NCBI RefSeq assembly: GCF_964213995.1
Contig: NW_027590164.1
Coordinates: forward strand, 124,001-188,000
Source of the DNA: Mustelus asterias
Taxonomy: Eukaryota
Direction of reading: 5' to 3'
DNA length: 64,000 bases
Made by a program: the position numbers and the translations under genes. Shown here one piece after another: positions 48,391 to 61,515 of the stretch; within the stretch, counting starts at the first letter, position 1, and every line of letters begins with the position of its first letter. Under the pieces are notes generated by a model. The model ran no database searches. It had not been told where the DNA came from and saw only the letters and a program-made list of their open reading frames with translations.

Positions 48391-48879
48391 TAGATGAAAG
48401 ATATTTAAGCGCCAGAATGTTCGACACACAGAATAAAGAAGGATCAAGTATAACTAACAGATCATTCTTAAATCTCTTCCCTTGAAAGATATTTGCTTTT
48501 GTTTGAAAGCTGACTGCGGTCAATTTCAAAAAGGTACCATGGGATGTGTATTTCCCAGTGACTCGCTTTCTTTTGTTGGTCAGTCATGCTTGCAATTCAA
48601 TGTTCTCTATTTCAGAGATATTCAATTCAGAATGAGGACATTTGAGTTAAATAAATGTATTGAAGTTAAAGGTTGAATCAAAAGAACCGGGAAGATGCAA
48701 TGTGATTGGATGGGATTTCTTTTCTCCGCCCATTTTCGCATCAGCAAATTGTCACTTTCTGCAAAAGGAGACTGATGTTCGGTAAGTGATCAAAGAGCGC
48801 CCTCCCGTGGACAGTACAGCAGTGGTAACAGACGCAGAACCAAGATCTGAGATATCGGCACTCAGAGAATATCCAGGAC

Positions 48880-51185
48880 AGCTACAACATTGGACAAGAG
48901 GAAACATCCGCTCAACATCCACACTGTTCGCACCCCTTAGGGTTTTGAAGGTTTCAGCCAATATGCCTCTTACTCTTCTAAACTCCCGTGGGTACAAACC
49001 TGACGGTACCATTCTTTCCTCATAAACTGACCCGCTCATAGCTGGTAATAGTTTAGTGAAACTCCTCTGAACTTTTTTCTAACGCATTAACATCTTTCTT
49101 AAGATAAGGAGACAAGTAGTGCACACAATATTCGAGACATGCCCAATGCCCTCGCCAATGCTCAATTTTCCGATCTATCTTTGTGTCGTCAGCAGATTTA
49201 GCATTTATATCTTCACTCTCTTCATCACTGCAGAAATCATCCCACTTATATGTTTCGCGACAAATTCAGCCAGAATGCATTTGTTCAGGTCAAATCGTGT
49301 ATAATTAACTTGCTTGAGTTTTATGCTGAGTAACAGAGATGGTTTGTGAGGGTATTTCTCTTATTGGGCGTCCAAAAGTCATGTGATACGGTGCTGCACC
49401 ACAGCTTGTGAGTAAGTATGGAGCTCACAGAATAAAATGGACAGGAGTAACATGGATAGGAAATTGGCTGAGTGCCAGGAAACAACTCGTCGCTATTTTT
49501 CGGACTTGAGCAAAGCTTGTAGTGAAGTTGCCAGGAATAGTTGACCTTCCTGGCATAGTAATGACCGAGAGCTTGGTATGGAAGTCAGACTTTCAAGACC
49601 TGTGAATGATACAGAACTTGGAAACATTGCCAACCATCAGTAGATCATGCAGAACTTTAGAACGAAAAAGATCCTAATTGGTGCAATTGGCGTGCAATTA
49701 GGAGGTTTAGTTTTTTGCAGAGTAAAGTTACATGCTTAGCTGTGTTGTGCAAAATGTGAAGAGACAAATGGAAATGATGAAAACGCTATGAAAGTGGGTT
49801 TCGACGCCGAGGGAACTGAGAGAATATGTGAATAAATCATCCATGGTGGAAGACAGTTGAGACTGCAGTCAATAAAATAGTTAACAATCTTTGTCTATTG
49901 GGGAATAGAATACAGAAGCAAGGAAATTAGGCCATATCTGTCGAAAGCAATGGAAAACAGTCAACAGAAATATTGCGTCCAATTCGGGGCACCAAACTTA
50001 AGGAGGAATGTAAAGCCAACAGGATGGCTGCAGAGGAAAAACACGAGAATAGTTCCAGAGTTCAGAAACTTCAATTACAAGAATATATTGGAGAGGTTAG
50101 GACTGTTTTCCTTGACAGGGAGTTACTGACGTGATCTTAGCATGGGTTCGTGAAGGGAAGGTCATGTTTCACTAATTTGGTGGAATTCTTTGAGAACGTT
50201 ACATGTGCAGTGGACAATGGGAACCTGTGGATGTGGTGTATCTGGATTTCCAGAAAGCATTTGACAAGGTGCCGCGCCAAAGACTGCTGCATAAGATAAA
50301 GGTGCACGGTGTTACGGGTAATGTATTAGCATGGGTAGAGGATTGGCTAACTAACAGAAAGTTAAGAGAAGGGGTAAATGGGTGTTTTTCTGGTTGGCGA
50401 TCAGTGACTAGTGGTGTGCCTCAGGGATCAGTGTTGGGACAGCAATTGTTTACGATTTAAATAGATGATTTGGAATTGGGGACCAAGTGTAGTGTGTCAA
50501 AATTCGCAGACGACACGAAGATGAGTGGCAGAGCAAAGTGTGCAGAGGATGCTGGAAGTCGACAAAGGGATATAGATAGTCTAAGTGAGTGGGCGAGGGT
50601 CTGGCAGATGGAATACAAGGAGCTCCCTGCCCAGTGAAGCAGTTGAGGCTACCTCATTGAATGTTTTTAAGGCAAGGATAGATACATTTTTCAACAGTAA
50701 AGGAATGTAGGGTTATGGTGAGCGGCGCGGTTAAGTGGAGCTGAGTCCACGAAAAGATCTTATTGAATGGCGGAGCAGGCTCGAGGGGACAGATGACCTA
50801 CTCCTGCTCCTAGTTCTTATGTTCTTATTAAGGCATTCAAAATGCAAAGTGGTCTGGAGAGAGTCGATAGAGAGGAACCGTTAACTGGGAGAAGGATCTT
50901 GTACCAGAGGGTGCGGGTCGAAGTTAATTGGCAAAAGAAGCATGGAGACATAACGGAAAACATTTTCAGACAGTGACTGACTCAGATTTGGAATGTGCTG
51001 TTTGAGAGTCTGGTGCAGGCAGCGCCAATTGATGGTTTCAAAATGGGATTGAATTATTGTCTGGAAATGAACAAAATGCTGGACTGTGGGGTAGAGAGTG
51101 CTGTTGGATGAATTGCTCCCTTAGAGGGCAAACACATACACGATGAGTCAAATGGCCTTCTCCACTGTTGTAAATGCTCTATGAA
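48880..51185. mobile_element. Patchwork of degraded CR1 fragments (minus 48880-49160; plus 49270-51185 with a younger copy at 50130-50828)
   Basis: [26 protein letters not shown] in ORF 50203..50460; CR1 3' UTR and tail at 50700-50828. Confidence 0.8.
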
Positions 51186-51978
51186 CCTTGAAAGGGGAGG
51201 CAGTGGCATAGTGGTAATATCACTGGGCTAGTAATTAGGAGGGGAGGCAATTTTCTCAAGGTATATATTCAAAGACAACTACAACAGTACGTGGGATTTA
51301 GAATGCAATTAAAATTTTGAATTTAAAGTTTGTTTCCTTAATTGCTGCTATTACAAAAAAACACGTTAGATTCGCTAATGCCCTCTGGAAAAGGAAACCT
51401 TCCATCCTTCCCCAGCTTGGCCCATACGTAACTCCAGGCCTCCAAGTGGTTGGCGCTAACGGCCTGCTGTGATGCTTTAGAAACCCAATAAATTCAGAGT
51501 ATTAGCGATTACTGGCCTCTCCAGCCGGGATAACAGACAATGAAAAAATAAGAAACAGCAACTAAAATCAGCATTTCACAACATCTGCAATAGCAAAGGT
51601 TGTCCAGGAGATGGCAGTGAAACCGTGATTTTTGGCATGACACAAAACTGAGGTTGTCTCAATTATTGCTGCCATGGACTCAGGCTTTGCCCATCGTAAA
51701 CTAGAGCCAGTTTATATGACAAGAAATCCTATTTCTGATAATATGACAATAATTCTGAGTTGATTCCGTACTCATCAAAATCCCAGTTGTTATTATACTG
51801 AACAAAGCCTGAGTTGATATTGCACCGTGCATTCTGGTAGTTACGGCAGCACGGAATTAATTCTCGGCTAATGTCATGATTCTCCATGTCTCTGTTGTTA
51901 CGTCACTTGACCCTCTGTCTTCTGATACTGCACCAGAACACGTTACTGTTTTTATGACACGAGGCTCGGTCTGTTATT

Positions 51979-52304
51979 GCACGGTAGCACAGTGGTTAGC
52001 ACTGCTGCTTCACAGCTCCAGGGACTTGGGTTCGATTCCCGGCTTGGGTCACTGTCTGTGTGGAGTTTGCACATTCTCCTCGTGTCTGCGTGGGTTTTCT
52101 CCGGGTGCTCCGGTTTCCTCCCACAGTTCAAGCTGTGCGGGTTAGGTTCATTGGCCATGCTAAAATTTCCCCTTTGGCGTCCTGGGATGTGGGGATTAGC
52201 GGGTAAAATATGTAGGGATATGGGGGTAGGGCCTGGGTGGGATTGTGGTCGGTGCAGACTCGATGGGCCAAGTGTCCTCTTTCTGTACTGTAGGATTTCT
52301 ATGA
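51979..52304 (+). mobile_element. Young HE1-like SINE
   Basis: gcacggtagcacagtggttagcactgctgcttcacagctcc..ggatttctatgat. Confidence 0.95.
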
Positions 52305-53866
52305 TTGCTGGAACCTGCCACGTATATAACAAACATCGACAATATCTCAATCACTCCTGCACCAGTCTACCTCCATGTTTATAGCGAACAGCATCCTGTC
52401 TCTGTAATTATTGTTTAATTACACGTTTCATTTATTGATGCACTTGCCGCGTCAAAGTTTATATCAATCTAAGGCCTTGGTCTGAAATTACTGTGTCAGG
52501 CTTTGTCTCATTTTATATTATACAATGCCCAGAATCAGACAAAATTATTCTCGGCCCGCTGTCAGTTTTATTCCGTTTGATGTTCTCTCCTTTATTATGC
52601 GCTAAACCATACCGCTGTTCATTTTGCACATCATCCTCTCTCAATTATTGCTTTACTCTGCATTGCCTCACTTTTTATTCCACTGGGCTACATCTCTGTT
52701 TATATCACGCTAGATCATGTCCCTATATGTTGATAGCACTTATATGAGTTTACATTACACTAGAACCTGTCTCAGTTGAAATTATTGTGCACATTGTCTC
52801 CGCTGATATTAGAATAAATCTTGTCTTTGTTACAGCTGCATGTCTCTGTTTATATTAGAAAGTACCACGCTAGTTACTAATACACAAGACATTCAAGAAT
52901 TATTGAACTGAACCCAACCTCCATTCATACTAGTGCAGGTACTGTATAAATAATTGTTGCACTCGGCCCTGTCTCTGCATTACTGAACAAACGCCTACCC
53001 CCAATTTTTATTTAATCATACCATGTTAGATGGATTGGCCATGCGAAATTGCCCCTTCGTGTCCAAAGATGTGTAGGTAACGTGGATGAGCCATCGTAAA
53101 TGTGCAGGGCCATCGGGAATAGGGTAGAAGGAAGGGTAGAATGGCATAGGGTAGAAGGAAATTTGGGCCGAATGACCTGGATGGGATGCAGACTCGATGG
53201 GCCAAATGACCTTTTTCTCCACAATAAGGATCATATGGCTCTATGTCTAAGAAATATCACATAATTTCCCTCCTTAAATATTTGTCTGCTTATTTATTTA
53301 AATTAATCTAGTTTCTATTAACCCCACTTGGAGAAATAAACTTTCATTTAGCAAATTCCCTTCAATTTTCCAGTGATAACCTTCAATCCATTTCTGCCTT
53401 CCGTGAGTGTATGAAAACCCGAAACAATTCATGTATTAAATTGAAGAATAGGTAATACTGTAATTATTTATTGTCAACCATTCTGTTCTGTGCTCTTGTT
53501 TACAAAATGATTTCAGACTGACTATTTTCCCAGCGTTGACTTATTTGTCTTCAGAGATCAGTTGGAAAATGAATAACTCACATGTCAAATGGCGAGGAGA
53601 TTTTAAGAAAATGACCTTCTCAGTTTCTCACTGAATTTCCTGAAATAAGACTCGAATATGTTCCGATTTGTGAAAATGATGCCGAAAATGAACCTGGATA
53701 TATAGCCGACAGGAGATAATTATAACTTTAATTCTCAGTCCTCTTATTCCTATTGATGCAAAGGATGGAAACATCTGCTGCTCTCCAGAGAAGGAGCAAT
53801 ATTTCTGTGTAACCGTTACCTTCACCAATTCCATGGTAACCAACCTAAATATTTTCCATTGTGTAT

Positions 53867-55724
53867 ACATAAGAACGTAAGAAACATAAGAAACAGGAGC
53901 AGGAGTAGGCCATCTGGCCCTTCGAGCCTGCCCCGCCATTCAACAAGATCATGGCTGATCTGAAGCGAATCAGTTCCACTTACCTGCCTGCTCCCCATAT
54001 CCCCTAATTCCCTTATCGATCAGAAAACTATCTACCCGTGATTTAAACATATTCAACGAGGAAGCCTCCACCACTTCAATGGGCAGAGAATTCCAGAGAT
54101 TCACTACCCTCTGAGAGAAGAAGTTCCCCCTCAACTCTGTTCTGAACCGGCCCCCCCTTATTTTGAGGCTGTGCACACTAGTTCTGGTTTCCCTTCTAAG
54201 TGAAAAGAATCTCTCCACCTCTACCCTATCCAGCCCCTTCATTATCTTATATGTCTCTATAAGATCACCCCTCATCCTTCTAAACTCCAACGAGTACAGA
54301 CCCAATCTGTTTAATCTCTCCTCATAAGCTACACCCCTCATCTCCGGTATCAACCTGGTGAACCTTCTCTGCACTCCCTCCAAGGCCAATATATCATTTC
54401 GCAAATAAGGGGACCAAAACTGCACACAGTACTCCAGTTGCGGCCTCACCAGTGCCTTGTATAGTTGCAGCAAGACCTCCCTGCATTTATATTCTATCCC
54501 CCTCGCGATAAAGGCCAACATTCCATTCGCCTTCTTGATCACCTGCTGCACCTGCAGACTGAGTTTTTGCGATTCGTGCACAAGGACCCACAGGTCCCTC
54601 TGCACAGTCGCACGATGTAATTTTTCTCCATTTAAATAATATTCCAATTTACTATTATTTCTTCGAAAGTGGATAACCTCACATTTGCTAACGTTATATT
54701 CCATCTGCCAGACCCTCACCCACTCGCTCAGCTTATCCAAATCTCTCTGCAGACTTTCCGCATCCTCCTCGCAATTCGCTTTCCCACTCACCTTCGTGTC
54801 ATCAGCAAACTTGAATACCCTACATTCAGTCCCCTCCTCCAGATCATCTATGTAAATGGTAAACAATTGAGGCCCCAGCACCGATCCCTGCAGCACGCCA
54901 CTGGTCACCAACTGCCAACCAGAAAAGCACCCATTTATCCCAACTCTCTGCTTCCTGTTAGATAGCCAATCCCCAATCCACGCCAACACCTTACCCCTAA
55001 CTCCGTGTCCCCCAATCTTCTGCAGCAACCTTTTGTGAGGCACCTTATCGAATGCCTTCTGGAAATCTAAAAACACCACATCCACCGGTTCCCCTCTGTC
55101 AACCGCACTAGTGACATCTTCATAAAAGTCCAGTAGATTCGTCAAACACGACTTTCCCTTCATGAATCCATGCTGCGTCTGCTTGATCGAACCATTCTTA
55201 TTCAGGTGTTCTGTTATTTCCTCTTTAATAATGGACTCTAGCATCTTCCCAACTACGGACGTTAAGCTAACCGGCCTGTACTTACCCGCCTTTTGTCTAC
55301 TTCCTTTTTTAAACAGCGGCGTAACAGTCGCTGTTTTCCAGTCAGCCGGCACTACCCCAGAGTCCAGCGAATTTTGATAAATTACTACTAACGCATCTGC
55401 TATTACCTCAGCCATTTCTTTCAGTACCCTGCATTCCATCCGGGCCCGGGGACTTGTCTACCTTCAGTCCTATTAGTCTACCAAGCACCACCTCCTTAGT
55501 AACAGTAATTGTATTAAGGACCTCCCCTCCCACCAACTCTCGATCTCTAATATTCGGCAAACTATTTGTGTCTTCCACCGTGAAGACCGACACAAAGCAC
55601 TTAGTTAACGTCTCAGCCATTTCCTCGTTTTCCACTATTCAATCCCCCCTCTCATCTTCCAAGGGTCCAACATTCACTCTAGCCACTCTATTCCTTTTTA
55701 TATACTTGTAAAAACTTTTACTAT
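53867..55724 (-). mobile_element. 5'-truncated CR1 with long RT ORF
   Basis: ORF 53970..55439 (YRPVSLTS, DFQKAFD, FADD) plus upstream frameshifted piece 55408..55635; (TTCTTATG)n tail. Confidence 0.97.
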
Positions 55725-58700
55725 TATAGTATAGGTTGTACAATTTCGGTAATATGATTAATCAGGATCAGGTGTATCGTAAGGGTGTTCAGAGCTTGTG
55801 TGGTATAAACAGTGATACGGGCTGCTGAACATGGATCGCAGTGGTTCAAGATGGCAGCTCATCACCACTTTGTCAGGGGCAATTAGGGAAGGGCAACAGA
55901 TGCCAGTGATGCCCAAATCCCATAAATGATTAAAACTTATTCAGGAACAACAGAGACAGAATCTAATCTAATATAGACAGATATGCTAGCGCAATGATGA
56001 CATAAACTGACCGGGGGAGAATCATGTAAACCAATGTATGGGATATATAGAATAGGAGAGACAGAACATGATATGACATTTAAATAAACATTTTTGTGCG
56101 TGTGATCATTCTCGAAAAAAGTAATTTGTCCAATGATAACCGGCAGGTGTCAAATGAAACAAAATCAGATATAGGTTGTAATTCACAACTGATTGGCTAA
56201 CGGTTTCCAGAAATAATCATGGAGAATTAGAATATTATAATTTGAATGACCGGCTCCAGTGTATCACTAACAGAGACAGCTGGGCCCGGAGTCGGACTGG
56301 GAACTGATATAAGTAAGCAATCAGTTCTAGGGCCTTAGCGCAGGTTTCTTTGTCATGACGAGTCTCGTAGGGATTTGTGTGGCAAACACGGATTGAAAAC
56401 CCGATGACGACCGCAGGAGTGACTGACTCTACCTGACTAAGAGCTGTTATTCCCAAGGGGGACAATCGTGGCGGGCTCCATAAATTTCTGTTATCTGAGG
56501 TAACAATGGTGAATCTGTCAGAGGAACAGAAAATAATCTGTTTCTTCTCTTTCCTACAAACAGTTCCACATTTACAGACAGAATTAGGACATATGATGAC
56601 TGAAAAGTCTAAATATGAAAACTTCATCGGAGGAAAAAAGAACAGTGCAATAAATATTAAGGGTAATTGTGCTTTTCCTAAACAATCGATCCAATGCTAA
56701 TTTGTTCAAAGTGATACTCTTATCTTAACACAAGACGACAGCTGTATAAATATTGCGTTCTATTGAGTCTCAATGAAGGGCAGGGAGAGACACAAAAAGG
56801 ATGCGAGGACAATTATATAGATGAACCATCAAACTGCTCCCATTCTTGAAAACCCTTCAAATTGTAACCCCATGAAGGATATATCTTATTTATTTTCTAA
56901 AGTTACTGTGAAATCTGATTCGATCACCCTTTCAAGCTCTTTATTCCAGTTCATAACAACGTCTGTGTAAAAATAAACGATTATATTTCTGTCTCCCTGC
57001 TCAATAAAATAAATTTGTGCCCATTGGTTGCTGACCGTCCTCCCAGTTGAAACATTCTCTCTTTAATTACCCCACTCACAACTTCATGATTATGAACACT
57101 AATAAAAGTGTTCAAAAGATAGGAGACAGACAGAGATACCGGGAGAGTTAGCAGAAAGAAAAACGGGGTGCTGACAGATAAGGAACAAAAAATAAAAAGC
57201 AGATGGAGAGAAAATGATCAAACACTGCAAGATAACAGCTATCATTCCCTTCCGTCACGGAACCCGGGGGAGCTCAGTGGCTAATCCACTGACCATCGAG
57301 TTATGTCCGGGAATGGAAACTCTAAGCAGATCACACCAGGCTCATTTGTAAATGTCACCGCAATGTGATCTGTGTGACTCTGCCCTGACTCTGTGGACAG
57401 ATATAGGCCGCACTGACAGATGTTCTCACCAGATTGTGGTCCATGGATTTATTTTCTGCTCAGAAGTGAGATGTGCGGTTTGGAACCGGCAGCAAGAAAC
57501 AGGAAGTTGTGTTACCTGAGAATGAAACAACCGAGGCCAGTTTGATGTTATCACCGTAAACATTCTTCCTGACTGTGAGAGTGAACTCACTCTGACAGCA
57601 TCAAGAACAACCACACAGATTGCTGCCAGTCTCAGTATTACATTCACTTCTATTCCCAGTTTAATGAATCAAGAAAATGATCATATTTGGGGTTTAAATA
57701 GATTAATTGAAGTGAAGATGGACCGAAGGCTATCACTGAGGGAAAAGAGGGAAAATTAAAGCAGCATTTTTTTCCCCGCAGAGGTATTCCATATAAGAAA
57801 GTTTAAGTGTGTTAGGTGTTGTGTGAGAGAAATGGAGGAGAAAGGTTAAGTGAGTGAACTGGTTTGTTTCCGACACTGAATTTTCCGCTGATGAGATTTT
57901 TGTACTTTATCTTTTCAGATACAAGGTGCCTTAAACAACAAAAAAAATATTTTTTTTAACTCGTAGCCAGATCCGTCTCCTGGATACCTGTGTAAGCGAG
58001 TTAATGGAGACTGAGAGAGAGAAGGTAGGTTATCTGATTTAGGTGCAGCCTGAGGCTGAGAAAGAGAGGAGAGAAATTCAGTGAGTCATTTGAAAGATGC
58101 ATTGCGTTGGCAGCGAAATGGCCAGCTGTGCATCACATTCAAGAGCGTCCAGGGCAATTCATTAACTTTAGGTATTGACTGAGGCATAGAATGTGTAAGT
58201 GAATACTGAATAAATTACCGTATCATGTTTAAAGGTAATAGCAATTATTTAGCCAGTGGTTCGCACTGGTACCTCACACTGTTCCGGGCACAGGTTCCAT
58301 TTCGGCCTTGTGGAAATGTGTGGTGTTTGCACATTCACCCCGTGTGTGCGTGGGTTTCCTCCAGGTTAACTGCTTTCCTCCTACAGTCTAAAGATGTACA
58401 GGTTAGTTGAAGTGGCCATGCTGAATAGCCCTTTAGTGTCCGTTTGCTCTGCAACGTGGCGTGCGTTTATTAATCTCTTCTGAACAAGAGGATGTTACAA
58501 GTTGCATCCCAAACTTTCAACAAAATATTGCAGACAATACGAGAGCAATTAAATATTACACGCAACACCTAATAGTTATTAACAAGACGAAACGCATTCT
58601 TCGAACCCCTTTCATCGACCGAAATATATTACGTTTTTTAAGCTAATATCCATCTTTTCTCGCTCGCCCCTTCTTTCTTTCCATCTGTCAGACGCATTTT

Positions 58701-58935
58701 ATAGAAAACCAATTGCTGAGACAGTGTCTGCTTTATATATAAGACAAGGTGAGGCACGGATGGTTCAGTAGTGCACGACATAGAGCCTAGCGCAATAATA
58801 TCTGAGATGGAGCCGAGTGTAACAGAAATGGCCTCTTGACTGAACAAAAACTCAGAAATAATGACTTGTAGCATTGTCGTGATGTAATAATAAATGAAGC
58901 GGCATATTATGTAAAGTAAAGTAATAGCAGCATTT

Positions 58936-59008
58936 GGCTCCATGGCTCAGTGGTTTAAGCACTGGCTTTGTAAACCAGGGGTCGCGAGTTCAATTCTCAC
59001 TGGAATCT
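58936..59008 (+). tRNA. tRNA-Thr(TGT), possibly a pseudogene
   Basis: GGCTCCATGGCTCAGTGGTTTAAGCACTGGCTTTGTAAACCAGGGGTCGCGAGTTCAATTCTCACTGGAATCT; mismatches in acceptor, D and T stems. Confidence 0.75.
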
Positions 59009-59109
59009 GAAAACAAAATCTAGCTCATAGAAGCTGCACGGAAGAGACTGGGAGACGAAGCAGAGAGCTTTGATCAGTGGAGAGAATAGATCGGATGTCA
59101 TTTTAGTGC

Positions 59110-59438
59110 GGCACGGTAGCACAGTGGTTAGCACTGCTGCTTCACAGCTCCAGGGATCTGGGTTCGATTGCCGGCTTGGGTTACTGTCTGTGTGGAGTTT
59201 GCACATTCTCCTCGTGTCTGCATGGGTTTCCTCCGGGTGCTCCGGTTTCCTCCCACAGTCCAAAGATGTGCGGGTTAGATTGATTGGCCATGCTAAAATT
59301 GCCCCTTAATGTCCTGAGATGCGGAGGTTAGAGGGATTAGCGGGTAATTATGGGGGTAAGGCCTGGGTGGGATTGTGGTCGGTGCAGCCTCGCTGGGCCA
59401 AATGGCCTCTTTCTGCACTGTAGGGTTTCTATGATTCT
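59110..59438 (+). mobile_element. Young HE1-like SINE
   Basis: Full head, core and tail ggtttctatgattct. Confidence 0.95.
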
Positions 59439-60833
59439 AATGTAAACAGACACCAAGATCTATTGCAAATGCTCACATGCAGCATATAAATAGGCATGGC
59501 CTAGTGCATTACTGTACATGACTGCGCCAAATGTGGGTGACAGAGAGGGAAGGAGAGAGAGACACACAAGGAGAGAGAGAGACACACAAGGAGAGAGAGA
59601 GAGAGATGCACATTAATACCACTCCATTTATGATGAATGATCTGCTCAGTGTTTCAGCATTTTTTTTCAGACCCATGCATCGGCAATATCTTCCTGATGA
59701 GCAACGAGATATTTAATCAGGTTACTGACAGGATGGCCAATAAAAGTGATAGTTTTATGGATTGATTTAGACGAGGAATATGAAGTAACGAGATTTAGGG
59801 AGGGAATAACAGAGCTTAGGGCCTCGACAGATGAACACATCCCAAACTGAAAAATAATTTTGAAGATAACAATACGAATTGCAGAAAATATATGTTTTTA
59901 ATTCTATTCAAACATAACGTACCAGTCAACACTTGTTCTGTGGCCATTTCGGTTTGTTTCTCTCTGAAACAGATGAGCAAATAATGAATGGACAGATATT
60001 TAGCCTGTGGGAGCCCATCTGGCGATATTGTGAGGACACAATTCTGTCTCTCACTGTCAGTATATCAGTTGAATGGTATAAATAAAATAAGATAGGCGAA
60101 CAATTTTTATCGCTAAACTCTGTGGCATATTGACTCAGTGCAACACAATATTCAACTAATAAAATGTATCACAACAGAGGTTGCTTGAAGTTATTGCAAC
60201 GAGCACCGAACGATTGTTCAGATATTGACTTGTCCCCAATGCCGGTTAATCACTGAGAAATTGTTATGACGTTCACGCTAAATATTACCCACATGATAGC
60301 AGAGCAATTAGACGTTTCTCACAGCTATTTATATATATTAGCAAAAAAATAAACCGACTCTTCGAAACAAGAATGATTGGTACCGGACAGGCAAACCCAT
60401 ATTATATCGTGATTGATCATATCTCGACAGGCAACATATTCATGGTCGTATGTTGGATTAACAGAGACAGGTTCTGATGTAATGTAAAGAGACAAATCCT
60501 GTTTAATATAAAAAGAGATGGGATCTGATGTAATATAATCAGATCCGTGGTCTATTCTAGTAATAATTGACAGGACCAAATCTAGCATAAATAGAGAGAT
60601 GGCCTAGTGTAGCAAAACGAGAGAAATGACCGAATGTAACGTGAAGAGAGACAGGGTCTACTGTCATTCAATTAAAGACTGGGTCCAGTACAGCACAAAT
60701 AGCAGTATGGTCTTGTATAAAGCAGCTCCTTCTGTGTATTGGCCTCTTTCCAGTGGGTAACAGTTTCTTCCTAATGAGTAAAACATTCCCATTCATAACT
60801 TTGAACTTCTGTACTAAATCTCCCATAAAGATT

Positions 60834-61515
60834 GGGATCAAAGGTGAACACGGGATCAAAGGTGAACTAGCTAGATGGGTACAGAAATGGCTTGGCCATA
60901 GAAGGCAGAGGGTAGCAGTGGAGGGGTCTTTTTCTGATTGGAGGTCTGTGACTAGTGGTGTTCCGCAGGGCTCTGTACTGGGACCTCTGCTGTTTGTGAT
61001 ATATATAAATGACTTGGAAGAAGATGTTGCTGGTCTGATTAGTAAGTTTGCGGACGACACAAAGATTGCTGGAGTTGCGGACAGTGATGAACATTGTCAG
61101 AGAATATAGCAGGATATAGATAGGCTGGAAAATGGGGCGGAGAAATGGCAGATGGAAGTTAATCCAGATAAATGTGAAGTGATTCATTTCGGTAGATCTA
61201 ATGCTGGGGGGAGCTATACAATAAATGGCAGAACCATCAGGAGTATAGACACACAGAGGGATCTGGGTGTGCAAGTCCACAGATCCTTAAAGGTGGCAGC
61301 ACAGGTGGAAAAGGTGGCGAAGAAGGCATATGGCATGCTTGTCTTTATTGGACGGGGCATAGAGTACAGAAGTTGGCATGTGATGCTGCAGTTATATAGA
61401 ACGTTGGTTGGGCCACATTTGGAATTCTGCGTCCAGTTCTGGTCGCCACACTATCAGAAGGACTTGGAGAGAGTGCAGAATAGGTTTACCAAGATGTTGC
61501 CTGGTATGGAGGGTA
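60834..61515 (+). mobile_element. CR1 RT fragment
   Basis: [21 protein letters not shown] with in-frame stop; truncated by the next element. Confidence 0.93.

Larger units (their letters stand above)
36600..48680 (+). repeat. Right arm of the tRNA-Val-bearing tandem repeat, interrupted by three CR1s and SINEs
   Basis: tRNA-Val-like copies at 36672, ~38245, 43194 (3' half), 45172 and 46419; units are reverse complements of those at 16.8-21.1 kb. Confidence 0.9.

Noticed and set aside
56235-56627. 130-aa ORF with an internal acceptor-like site
   Set aside because: No recognisable domain or consistent exon structure.
57426-57647. Signal-peptide-like ORF as a fourth V segment
   Set aside because: No WYxQ, no YxC and no RSS found in any frame.
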